From Planctomycetota bacterium (GTDB taxonomy: Bacteria; Planctomycetota; PLA2; JAEUHO01): a stretch of DNA of 64,000 bases. The stretch is taken from NCBI GenBank assembly GCA_965222115.1, contig CBDCTJ010000007.1:1548082-1612081 (forward strand), written 5' to 3'. Shown here in pieces: positions 48,139-56,845 of the stretch. The notes beneath the pieces are model-generated. The model made no database searches. It saw only the letters and a program-made list of their open reading frames with translations, and had not been told where the DNA came from. Each line of letters begins with the position of its first letter. Positions within the stretch are counted from its first letter, which is position 1. The translations under genes were made by a program, and so were the position numbers.

Positions 48139-48846
48139 ATGAAAAATCAACGAGAACCTCGAACAACTCGCACGCTACGCATTGGCGTTGCAGCAGGAGC
48201 AGCACTCGCTCTTGCGCTCCTAACGGTAGCTCCCACGTCTGCTTCGGCGGAAGAGGGTGCGCGCAAGGGCAAGCGCGGACGCGCTGGCAAGTGCCACAAG
48301 CGTCCCTTCAAGAAACTTGATACGAATGGTGATGGCGTTCTCACGAAAGATGAGGTGCCCGAGCGTGCTTGGAAGCGTCTCGCCAAAGCCGACAAAGACG
48401 GCGACGGAAGTGTGAGTCGCGAGGAAGCGCGCGCGGCCGGCAAGAAGCGCCGTGCCAAACGTGGTAAGCGTGGCAAGCGACGTGCGCGTCGAGGGCACAT
48501 GCGCCGTCGGCTCAAGCAAGCCGACACGAATGGCGATGGCGCGATTGGCAAGGACGAAGTATCGGCCGAGGCATGGACACGATTGGCCGCACTGGACACG
48601 GACGGCGACCTTGTTGTTACCCGTGCAGAAGTTCGCGCCAAGGCGAAGGAACGCGCAGAAGCACGTTTCGCCAAGAAGGATGCGAATGGCGACGGTGCAC
48701 TGAGCGAAGATGAAGTCGGCGAGCGGTTGTGGAAGCGCATCGCTCGTGCCGACAGCAATGCCGATGGCGTCGTCACGCTTGACGAGCTCCGTGAGGCCCG
48801 CAAGGCCCGTCGTGCGAAGCGCAAGGCGTCACGCGACGCCAAGTAA
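48139..48846 (+). CDS. secreted EF-hand calcium-binding repeat protein
   Basis: Start re-assigned to ATG with an upstream AAGGA RBS. Signal peptide (GVAAGAALALALLTVAPTSASA). Six canonical EF-hand loops (DTNGDGVLTKDEV, DKDGDGSVSREEA, DTNGDGAIGKDEV, DTDGDLVVTRAEV, DANGDGALSEDEV, DSNADGVVTLDEL), separated by K/R-rich linkers. Confidence 0.7.
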   Translation: MKNQREPRTTRTLRIGVAAGAALALALLTVAPTSASAEEGARKGKRGRAGKCHKRPFKKLDTNGDGVLTKDEVPERAWKRLAKADKDGDGSVSREEARAAGKKRRAKRGKRGKRRARRGHMRRRLKQADTNGDGAIGKDEVSAEAWTRLAALDTDGDLVVTRAEVRAKAKERAEARFAKKDANGDGALSEDEVGERLWKRIARADSNADGVVTLDELREARKARRAKRKASRDAK

Positions 48847-48851
48847 CGCTG

Positions 48852-50099
48852 TTACACGTCTTCTGATTCGACAGGGTTGGATTCGATAGTGACGGGTTCG
48901 CTTGATGGTGCCGGTACGGCGGGTGTGGCCATGCGTGTCATGCCCGCCGCTTCCAGAGCACCCATCTTACGCTCGTAGTCGGCAGCTTCATTCGTTCCGA
49001 TGAAGGCTTTGGATGCTGCGTACTGCCGACTCAAGCCAGCCAGCATGTAGTCAGAGGCAACGGCCATCGTGAGTAATAAGTTGGCGCCTGCCAAGACGAA
49101 GAAGTTGAGCGCCGAAAGAAAGTCGATGCCCTCCATGCTAAATACGTAGATCGCTATCAACACGACGCCAAGTCCGCTAAACACCATGGATATAAATCCA
49201 GCGGATTGAACGCTACGAATCGCTTCATCTTTGCTGTGAACACGAACCAAATCGCGCGCACGGATTAGGTAGATACCCGCACTCAGCAGTAGGCAAAGTA
49301 GCCCCAACATGATTGTCCACTTGCCCTCAAGCTGAATCATAGTGGAGAACATGATGAGCAGCATCATCATAAAGACTGGCGCCGCCAGCACAGTGACATA
49401 GGCGGGCGTTGGGCTTTCGTGAAACATGGTTTTGAGCATCATCCCCGCTCGCATGAGGCCAGGGAAGATCGACACAAGCTTCGGTGCCAGTGCGAAGAAC
49501 ACTTGTAGACTAAATAGGAATGCAAGCGTCTTTGTCATCATCTCTGCTTTCGGACCAAGATGCGTAAAGTCGAGTAGCGAAGACCAGGGAATCACGCACA
49601 GTGCGAGAGGCGTAATCAAGGACACGAAGAAAGCGCTCCGCGCGAGGCGTCTCGAAGCGGCAACGTGGAGCCACTTCCATGCGGCAAGCACAACCAAAAT
49701 AGCGATCGCCACGGCCGCGAGTGCGGAAACGACGTTCCATATTTCAAGCGTTGAGAGATTTCCATCTCCGACGTTTGCTACAACATTTCGGCGCACGTGC
49801 TCGATTTGTTCGGCCGATAGTTCTCCGTTTGCACTTTGCTCTTCAACGGCACCGTCTGTCATGATTGACTCGAACGACGAGTAGTTGACGAGCAGAAATA
49901 TGGCGTGGAGAACAAAGAGGACGGCCGCTAAGAGAAGGAGTGATCGCCGCCACACGACATAGTCTTGCACGTGGGGCTCTTCGATGGGCGGGTCAAGTTT
50001 GCTAAGCGTCGAGCGTTCCCCGTCCACCGCCATGGGCGTAAAGAATTCGCCTTGCGTCACTCGCCGAATTGCCAATTCGAAGTCCTTTCCGGAAGCCAT
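48852..50099 (-). CDS. hypothetical polytopic membrane protein
   Basis: 415 aa with about 8-10 predicted transmembrane helices. No recognisable family. Confidence 0.5.
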   Translation of the reverse strand: MASGKDFELAIRRVTQGEFFTPMAVDGERSTLSKLDPPIEEPHVQDYVVWRRSLLLLAAVLFVLHAIFLLVNYSSFESIMTDGAVEEQSANGELSAEQIEHVRRNVVANVGDGNLSTLEIWNVVSALAAVAIAILVVLAAWKWLHVAASRRLARSAFFVSLITPLALCVIPWSSLLDFTHLGPKAEMMTKTLAFLFSLQVFFALAPKLVSIFPGLMRAGMMLKTMFHESPTPAYVTVLAAPVFMMMLLIMFSTMIQLEGKWTIMLGLLCLLLSAGIYLIRARDLVRVHSKDEAIRSVQSAGFISMVFSGLGVVLIAIYVFSMEGIDFLSALNFFVLAGANLLLTMAVASDYMLAGLSRQYAASKAFIGTNEAADYERKMGALEAAGMTRMATPAVPAPSSEPVTIESNPVESEDV

Positions 50100-50157
50100 A
50101 GCTAGTTACCCTTCGCCAACGAAACGCTGCGCACATGTCTACGCATCGACCGTGAGT

Positions 50158-50850
50158 TTACTTGGGGCCGTTCACGGGACGCATCGCAATCATCCGCATC
50201 ATGCTGGGGGGCAGCCCGTCATCATCGTTTTCGATAGTGAAGTGCTCGCGTGCGATGGTTGTCAAATCTCCCAGCCCCGAGAGCTCATCGGGATGAAGCG
50301 GCCATGGTGGACCCTCTGGAGGCGCAACATCGGCACGTACGCGTGTGGCCAATGCGAGATAGCCGCCGGGTGAGAGCAGTGAACGAACGCAAGCCACGGC
50401 GCGCTCTCGCATACCCACCGGTATAGCCTGCAACGTATAGACCTCGAACACCAGGTCGAAGGCGCCGGCCCATGCATCGGGAAGTTCGAACAGGTCTTCA
50501 ACCCGGTAGTTGACCTGTGAATCGGGAAAGCGCTCACGGCACCAATCGATGGCCGTAGCAGATACATCGAATGCGGTCACCGACCAGCCGTGTGCCGCAA
50601 GGTGTTCGGCATCGTCGCCGAGTCCGCAGCCAATCACGATGGCTTCGCCGGGCGCAACGCCTTCGAGTTGCTCAAATATCCAGGGAAATAGATGCCGACT
50701 TGGGCCCAAGTCAGCCCACGGAATCCCATCGGGATTGCCGTTTGCCCTAGCATAGAGTTCCTCAAACCATCCCAGCGCGTCATCCTCGGCGATGGCGCGA
50801 TGGGCGAGATCGCGTGCCTCGTTGCGGGCGGGGTCGTGTTCGTCTGCCAC
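50158..50850 (-). CDS. class I SAM-dependent methyltransferase
   Basis: SAM-binding motif I VIGCGLGDDAEHLAAHGWSVTAFDVS, the acidic post-I residue, and motif II/III patterns (FDLVFEVYTLQAIP...LLSPGGYLALATR). Confidence 0.75.
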   Translation of the reverse strand: MADEHDPARNEARDLAHRAIAEDDALGWFEELYARANGNPDGIPWADLGPSRHLFPWIFEQLEGVAPGEAIVIGCGLGDDAEHLAAHGWSVTAFDVSATAIDWCRERFPDSQVNYRVEDLFELPDAWAGAFDLVFEVYTLQAIPVGMRERAVACVRSLLSPGGYLALATRVRADVAPPEGPPWPLHPDELSGLGDLTTIAREHFTIENDDDGLPPSMMRMIAMRPVNGPK

Positions 50851-53558
50851 TACTTAGATTCGTCCTTCGGTTCTTGAAATAGCACATCAATGTCACTGCG
50901 CCCGCGCAGCGACTCGAATGCGGGGTCGACGCGCGCAGTCTCTCGCAAGTCGGGGCTCTCGGTGAGCGCGCGCACCACGTGGTCGCCTGCTGCGCCCTTC
51001 TTGTTTAGCCCAATTAGCGCCTTTGCTAGTGCCAAGCGTGCTCCGCCGTTGGTCGGATCTTCTTCAACGACCTTTGCAAGCAGGCGTTCGGCTTGTTGCC
51101 ACTGCTTCGCGGCCAACATCTCCGCGCCCAGCAGCATGTGCCCCTGATGGAAGTAGTTGCGCGCCAACTTGGCGTCGAAGCGTGCCGCGGCCTTGGCCGC
51201 CGAGATCAGCCAGTCGGCGCGCTTCGCACTCGGCACCACCGATTGTCCGCGGTCATCCGTTATCGTTGTGAGCACAAGCAGTGCGCGCCACCACGCCACG
51301 CTCCGCCGAAAGCGTCGTTCTTTGCTCAGTTCCGTTGCTCGAGAGGCTACGCGATCCGGATGAAACCACCCGGCCAATGACAATGCCGCCAGTCGAATGG
51401 TTGCAGCCCGAAAGGCGCGATCTGCCCCTTGGGTATCGAGCTTGGGCCTCTCGATGGACACCTCTTTGCGTGCTGCTTCGATGCGCGCTTCGCCGATATC
51501 AAGGAAGCGTGTAGCCTCGCGCTCTATACTCCCGCACACGCGTCGGTCTTTCTCAAGACCCAGTTGCAAAATGCCCGCCAGCATGGGTTCCGAGGCCCGC
51601 CCCTCGGTTTCTGCCAATCGAAACGACTCAACGACGATCTCGGTGGGGGCGTCGGGACTCTCGACGCCGAGTCGTTTGAGGGCCTCGCGTAGGCGTCCGC
51701 CCGCCTTCTCTACATTCTCCTTTCCACCGCTGCGGCGCAACTGGCGTGCGTCCGCCACGAGGTTTTCAAATCGCTCGGGCGCAAGGGCGCGCGCACGGTT
51801 GTACGCCATCAAAACGTCTGCCGATGGGTTCGCTTCGGGTGGATCGCCCGGTACGGGTTCCGGCCCGAGTTCAAGATGGGCAAGTCGAATCGCAACGTCG
51901 AAACGCGTGGGGTCGTGTTCTCGTGCTTCGCGAAGCACGTTCTTTGCATCTTCGCGACGACCCAAAATTGACAACACCTCCGATCGGTCCAGGCGCGCTT
52001 CCGTTCTACCTGAATCGAATTGTGTGGCCCGGCGAAAGGCCGCGTTGGCCTTGTCGAGTTCTGCGATTCGAGCAAAGGAAACGCCGCGAATGTAGTGTGC
52101 TTCTGCATTGTCGTTTCGCGCCGCAAGCGCCTGATCGGCGCGTGCAATCCGCCGCCGTTCAATGTCGGCATAATCTTTGGACAACGTGTCGTCGTCGTGC
52201 GGCCCGCCGGTTTGACGGGCGAGCATGACGTACCGATCGGAAACCATGTCTCGCTGGAGATGCCAGCCAACAAAGAACATTGCCGCCGCGGTACCCAACC
52301 AAAGTAGTCGTGGCGGAAATGGACAGTCCATCTCGCGATCGGGGTTACGCGTCCCCAGTCCAATCGCAACGGCTGCGCAAAGCGCGGGGGCCGGATCAAT
52401 AAAGACGCCTTCGGAAAGTGCAGCAGCGGCTAACGCGGCGAATGAACCAGTTGAAGCCACGCGAATCAATCTGCCGCCCGGCGACTTGGCGCCGTCCACG
52501 GCTTGTAGGAATCGAATCAACGCGATTACGACAAACAAGACGAGCGCAAGACCCGCCAACACGCCGCCTTCAGTAGCAACATGCATGTAGTCATTGTGCG
52601 CGTGAGTTGGGCGACGTCCCGTTTCAAGGCGTGCTTCATTGAGATCTCGTACACGCAACACTTCTGGGGCGAATGATCCTAGGCCATGACCTGTAACGGG
52701 CGCCTCCGAAATCAGCCGCGAACTCGCTCGCGCCAGTCCCGTTCGTACGTCCAACGTGTCGGTATCACCGGGAACCGGAATCTTGTGTAGGAACGCGAGC
52801 GTAGCAAGTACGCCTACCGCGACGCCGAATCCCAAGACGGGTAGCCTCAATCGCTTTCGCAGGGACGGTGCGGCCATGGCGAAGAGCAATACGACGAATC
52901 CAATACACGTCGCCAGCCACGCTGTTCGACTACCTGTGGCGATGAGTGCCAGTAGCAGTGGGAGCAAAAACAGCGCGCGTGTGAGTTGACGGCCCGGCGC
53001 GAACGCCATGGCCCATGGCATGAAGCTCGCGATCACAACGCCGGCAACACCCGGACGTCCAAACGGACCTACGGGGGAGCGACCGCGTATTCCATCCGAG
53101 AAAATCCACGCGGCTGCTACAACGCCCGCAAGCATCCAGATGCGCATGACGGCTGCGGCGTGCAGATCGCGCCGTATCAACTGCAGCAAGAGCCACGCCT
53201 GAATCGCAAGGGCGATCCAAACATATCCGTGTCGAATGGCGGCGGCGGCGGATTGCGGTCCCGCGAGCAGGCCTAGCAGCGCGACGAGAATCGGAAATGC
53301 GAGCCAAAATTGCCGACAACAACTTCCGTGTGACGGCAACAGTCGAAAGGCGACGATGCTGGTCGTGATGAGCAGCGCAAGGCTCCATACGAATCCGCGC
53401 AGGACATAGCCACTCGTAAAGAAACCCGGTAGACCAACAAGGAGCACGAACGCAACTGCGAATCCAAGCCACGTGGGAAGCTTTGTATGGACATCCGCGC
53501 TCTCGTCGTAGTCGGCCACGTCGTTCATGCCCGGCGCGAAACTCCTCGAATGGTTCAA
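50850..53558 (-). CDS. O-antigen ligase family (Wzy_C) polytopic membrane protein fused to a C-terminal TPR-repeat domain
   Basis: The N-terminal ~420 aa have about 10-12 TM helices and the O-antigen-ligase-like loop (IATGSRTAWLATCIGFVVLLFA). The C-terminal ~450 aa are TPR-like helical repeats (AEAHYIRGVSFARIAELDKANAAFRRATQF...). Confidence 0.6.
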   Translation of the reverse strand: MNHSRSFAPGMNDVADYDESADVHTKLPTWLGFAVAFVLLVGLPGFFTSGYVLRGFVWSLALLITTSIVAFRLLPSHGSCCRQFWLAFPILVALLGLLAGPQSAAAAIRHGYVWIALAIQAWLLLQLIRRDLHAAAVMRIWMLAGVVAAAWIFSDGIRGRSPVGPFGRPGVAGVVIASFMPWAMAFAPGRQLTRALFLLPLLLALIATGSRTAWLATCIGFVVLLFAMAAPSLRKRLRLPVLGFGVAVGVLATLAFLHKIPVPGDTDTLDVRTGLARASSRLISEAPVTGHGLGSFAPEVLRVRDLNEARLETGRRPTHAHNDYMHVATEGGVLAGLALVLFVVIALIRFLQAVDGAKSPGGRLIRVASTGSFAALAAAALSEGVFIDPAPALCAAVAIGLGTRNPDREMDCPFPPRLLWLGTAAAMFFVGWHLQRDMVSDRYVMLARQTGGPHDDDTLSKDYADIERRRIARADQALAARNDNAEAHYIRGVSFARIAELDKANAAFRRATQFDSGRTEARLDRSEVLSILGRREDAKNVLREAREHDPTRFDVAIRLAHLELGPEPVPGDPPEANPSADVLMAYNRARALAPERFENLVADARQLRRSGGKENVEKAGGRLREALKRLGVESPDAPTEIVVESFRLAETEGRASEPMLAGILQLGLEKDRRVCGSIEREATRFLDIGEARIEAARKEVSIERPKLDTQGADRAFRAATIRLAALSLAGWFHPDRVASRATELSKERRFRRSVAWWRALLVLTTITDDRGQSVVPSAKRADWLISAAKAAARFDAKLARNYFHQGHMLLGAEMLAAKQWQQAERLLAKVVEEDPTNGGARLALAKALIGLNKKGAAGDHVVRALTESPDLRETARVDPAFESLRGRSDIDVLFQEPKDESK

Positions 53559-53578
53559 TCTGACTATAGAGGTTGAAA

Positions 53579-54490
53579 CTACTCGAACATTGCTTCGGCA
53601 AACGCGTCCGGATCGAACGGTTCAATATCGTCGATCCCTTCTCCCAGGCCGATGAACTTGACGGGGAGGCGTATCGTGTCGCCAATCGCCAGGACGGCGC
53701 CGCCCTTTGCGGTGCCATCGAGCTTCGTGATAAAGAGCCCCGTGACATTGGCGATGCCGTGAAAGAGCTCGGCTTGGCGGACGGCGTTTTGTCCTGTGGT
53801 GGCGTCAAGTACGAGCAACACTTCATGCGGGGCACCGGGAATCGCTTTCCCGGCCACGCGTCGAATTTTGCCGAGTTCCTGCATGAGGTTGTCTTGGGTA
53901 TGCAGGCGCCCCGCCGTGTCGATAATCACATAGTCCGCATTGCGTGCCGTGCCCGCTTGGCAGGCATCAAAAGCAACCGCCGCAGGATCCGAACCGGTGG
54001 ACTGCTTCACAATATCCACGTTATTGCGCTCGCTCCAAATGGTGAGTTGCTCAACGGCGGCTGCGCGAAAGGTATCGGCGGCGCCAAGCACGACTTTGTT
54101 CCCCTGTTGACTCAGATAGCGCGTGAGTTTTCCAATTGACGTTGTCTTGCCCGCGCCATTGACGCCGCACACCAGGACAACCGTGGGCGAGTCATCGCTC
54201 CTGGCCAACTCGGTACCCTGCGAACGAAGTCGATCGGCGACGACCTTCTTGAGAAATCCTCGCACATCGTCGGCCGTTTTCAGGCGTCCCGCCTTTGCGC
54301 CTGCACGCACGTCATCGAGCAGCGTTGCGGTGGCCTGTGGGCCAACGTCGGATAGCAGTAAGACCTCTTCGAGCTCTTCGAGCAGTTTCTCGTCAACGGC
54401 GCGCCCTAGGGTCAATACGGTTTTCAGACCGCCCGAGAGCTTGCTGCGCGTCTTGCTCAGGCCCTTCTTGAACTTGCTAAACACACCCAT
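53579..54490 (-). CDS. ftsY: signal recognition particle receptor FtsY (short form, NG domain only)
   Basis: NG-domain motifs VVLVCGVNGAGKTTSIGKL, DTFRAAAVEQL, IIDTAGRLH. Confidence 0.9.
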   Translation of the reverse strand: MGVFSKFKKGLSKTRSKLSGGLKTVLTLGRAVDEKLLEELEEVLLLSDVGPQATATLLDDVRAGAKAGRLKTADDVRGFLKKVVADRLRSQGTELARSDDSPTVVLVCGVNGAGKTTSIGKLTRYLSQQGNKVVLGAADTFRAAAVEQLTIWSERNNVDIVKQSTGSDPAAVAFDACQAGTARNADYVIIDTAGRLHTQDNLMQELGKIRRVAGKAIPGAPHEVLLVLDATTGQNAVRQAELFHGIANVTGLFITKLDGTAKGGAVLAIGDTIRLPVKFIGLGEGIDDIEPFDPDAFAEAMFE

Positions 54491-54537
54491 GGCCGTGCCA
54501 CCCTATATCGTTGGAAACCGAAGCGAAACGATCCAGC

Positions 54538-54960
54538 TCACGATAGACCTCGATCTTTTCGAATCCGATCCAATATGCCGTTGATGAACGCACCCGACGC
54601 TTCGGATGAAAACTTCTTGCCCAAATTGATGGCTTCGTTGATGGCGACGCGCGTGGGAATGCTCTCATCGAATAGCATTTCGTAGCAGCCGATGCGCAGC
54701 GCATTGCGGTCCACCGCCGCCATACGGGCCACGCTCCAGTTGGATGCTGCCGACGCCAAGACCTTGTCGAGTTCGTCGCGGCGCTCATATACACCTTCCA
54801 CCAGGGAGCGCGCGTAGCGCTTGGCTTCGTCCTCGCCCGAGCGGTCGCGCAGGTTTTCGTCGAGGAAGGCCTCCAACTCAAAGAGGTAGCCCTCGCCGTG
54901 GAAGTCGAGCTGAAAAAGAAACTGAAGCGCAAGTTCTCGCGCGTGGGTCCGGATGCGCAT
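54538..54960 (-). CDS. nusB: transcription antitermination factor NusB
   Basis: RELALQFLFQLDF N-terminus and a NusB fold of 140 aa. Canonical nusB-ribH neighbourhood. Confidence 0.85.
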   Translation of the reverse strand: MRIRTHARELALQFLFQLDFHGEGYLFELEAFLDENLRDRSGEDEAKRYARSLVEGVYERRDELDKVLASAASNWSVARMAAVDRNALRIGCYEMLFDESIPTRVAINEAINLGKKFSSEASGAFINGILDRIRKDRGLS

Positions 54961-54972
54961 CGGATGAGCCTG

Positions 54973-55497
54973 CTACGTGGCCCGACGCTTGCGTTCGAGG
55001 TCGCGGTACAGCTTGATCATGTCGAGCGCCGCTTCCATGGCCTCCACGCCTTTGTTGCCGCCTTTGCCGCCTTTGCCGCGCTTGTCCGACGAACGCGCTT
55101 CGGCTTGGGCCAACGTCTCGGCCGTGATCACGCCGAGCCCCACCGGTATGCCCGACTCGCTCGCCACGCGCGAAAGGCCGTCAACGCATGCACGTGCCAC
55201 GTGATCGAAATGCGATGTCTCGCCGCGCACAATGCAGCCCAGGGCAACCACGGCGTCTACGCCTTCTCCACGTGCAAGCCAGCCGGCGGCTTGAGGAAGT
55301 TCAAACGCTCCCGGCACTTCCGCGCGAATGAATTGTGACTCGGTGATGCCCGCAGCCAACGCAGTCGCAACGGCAGCCGCTTCCAAACGCTTCGTAATCT
55401 CGGGATACCAACGCGACACGACAATACCGATGTGTGTGTTGGCCCATTCGTGCGCGGCGTCGCGGGGTTCAGACGTGGCGGGTTGGAAAGGGGGCAT
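54973..55497 (-). CDS. ribH: 6,7-dimethyl-8-ribityllumazine synthase (RibH)
   Basis: HIGIVVSRWYPEIT...GAFELP...VVALGCIVRGETSHFDHV and a C-terminal KGGNKGVEAMEAALDMI tail, as in E. coli RibH. The start was re-assigned to an internal Met. Confidence 0.9.
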   Translation of the reverse strand: MPPFQPATSEPRDAAHEWANTHIGIVVSRWYPEITKRLEAAAVATALAAGITESQFIRAEVPGAFELPQAAGWLARGEGVDAVVALGCIVRGETSHFDHVARACVDGLSRVASESGIPVGLGVITAETLAQAEARSSDKRGKGGKGGNKGVEAMEAALDMIKLYRDLERKRRAT

Positions 55498-55603
55498 GAC
55501 ACCTCGTCGGGCTACATGGGAAAGAACGGCGATCCACGGAATGCTACCCACGACGAAGCGACCCGGAGCAAGGAACGCACGCCACTTCCGCTACTATTCC
55601 TCG

Positions 55604-56845
55604 ATGATCTTGTTTGACGAGGCCATCGCGCGGATTGCATCCGCCTTCCCACGGCGAGTCGCCGCCACCGAACGCGTTGACCTCGCCGATGCCTCGGGAC
55701 GCGTGTTGGCCGAGTCCATCACCATGGATGCTGACATGCCGCCGTTTCGGCGCTCCACCATGGACGGGTTTGCGATACGTATCTCGGATCGCCGTGTGGG
55801 CGCTACGCTCGATGTCGACGGGCGGATCACCGCGGGCGAAAACGTCAACGCGGCACTTACTCCCGGCCACGCCATTCGGGTGATGACGGGTGCGCCCGTC
55901 CCCGCCGAAGCCGAAGACGTGATTCCATTTGAGTGGACCAACGCATCGTCTACGGCGGGCCGCGTCGGTGAGCACGTGCGGATTGAACGTCTTCCGCGGG
56001 ATGGTGCCAATATTGTCGAGCGCGGGTCGTTTTATAAAGCGGGCGCTGAAATCTTGACGCCGGGAACGAGTTTACGCGCAGCACATATGGGGATGTTGGC
56101 TTCTGTGGGACGTTCACAGATTGACGTGTACGTGCGTCCGCGTGTTTCTATTCTTCCGACGGGCAACGAACTCATTCCCATCGATCAGCCGCCTGTGCCG
56201 GGCAAGATCCGAAACTCCAATGCGTATGCGCTGCGTGCTCAGGTTACGCGTGAGGGCGCCATCGCCTCGGCGAGCGACCCTGTGGGTGACGATCGCGAGG
56301 CCTTGATTCGTGCAATACGTGCTGGTCTCGACAGCGAACTCTTGTTGCTGAGTGGCGGCGTGAGCAAAGGGGACTTGGACTTGGTCCCAAGCGCGCTCGA
56401 AGCGGCGGGTGTTCGATGTCTATTCCACGGCTGGGCACTTCAACCGGGCGGACCGATGTGGTGTGGTGTTACCGACACGACGCTGGTGTTGGGGTTGCCC
56501 GGCAATCCCGCGGCGACATTCGTGGGCTTCGAACTGCTTGGCGTTCCAGCCCTCCGTGCGTGGATGGGTGCGCCGTTCTGTGCGCGCAAGACGCTCTCGT
56601 GTCGGCATCAACTGGAGGACATTGGCATGTCGGCCCGTCGTCGGATTCGTCCCGTGCGCTTGATGGCCCGCGCTGCGAGGGGGCTGGAGGCTGTGCCGCT
56701 CCGGTGGCACGGCAGTGGTGACCCGCTCGCGTTTGGGGACGCAGACGCCCTGGCCGTCCTGCCTGCAAACACACCCCTCGGTGACCGGGTGGACGTCATT
56801 GTGCTCGGCCCCATGTCGGTCGATTCGATGGAGCAAGCCTCGTGA
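55604..56845 (+). CDS. moeA: molybdopterin molybdotransferase (MoeA)
   Basis: MILFDEAIARI...MPPFRRSTMDGFA and the MoeA core. The start was re-assigned to an internal Met. Confidence 0.85.
   Translation: MILFDEAIARIASAFPRRVAATERVDLADASGRVLAESITMDADMPPFRRSTMDGFAIRISDRRVGATLDVDGRITAGENVNAALTPGHAIRVMTGAPVPAEAEDVIPFEWTNASSTAGRVGEHVRIERLPRDGANIVERGSFYKAGAEILTPGTSLRAAHMGMLASVGRSQIDVYVRPRVSILPTGNELIPIDQPPVPGKIRNSNAYALRAQVTREGAIASASDPVGDDREALIRAIRAGLDSELLLLSGGVSKGDLDLVPSALEAAGVRCLFHGWALQPGGPMWCGVTDTTLVLGLPGNPAATFVGFELLGVPALRAWMGAPFCARKTLSCRHQLEDIGMSARRRIRPVRLMARAARGLEAVPLRWHGSGDPLAFGDADALAVLPANTPLGDRVDVIVLGPMSVDSMEQAS

Noticed and set aside
54973-55100. Lys/Gly-rich C-terminal tail of RibH (KRGKGGKGGNKGVEAMEAALDMI), considered as an unusual extension
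   Set aside because: E. coli RibH ends with the homologous KAGNKGAEAALTALEMI segment. This is normal for lumazine synthase.
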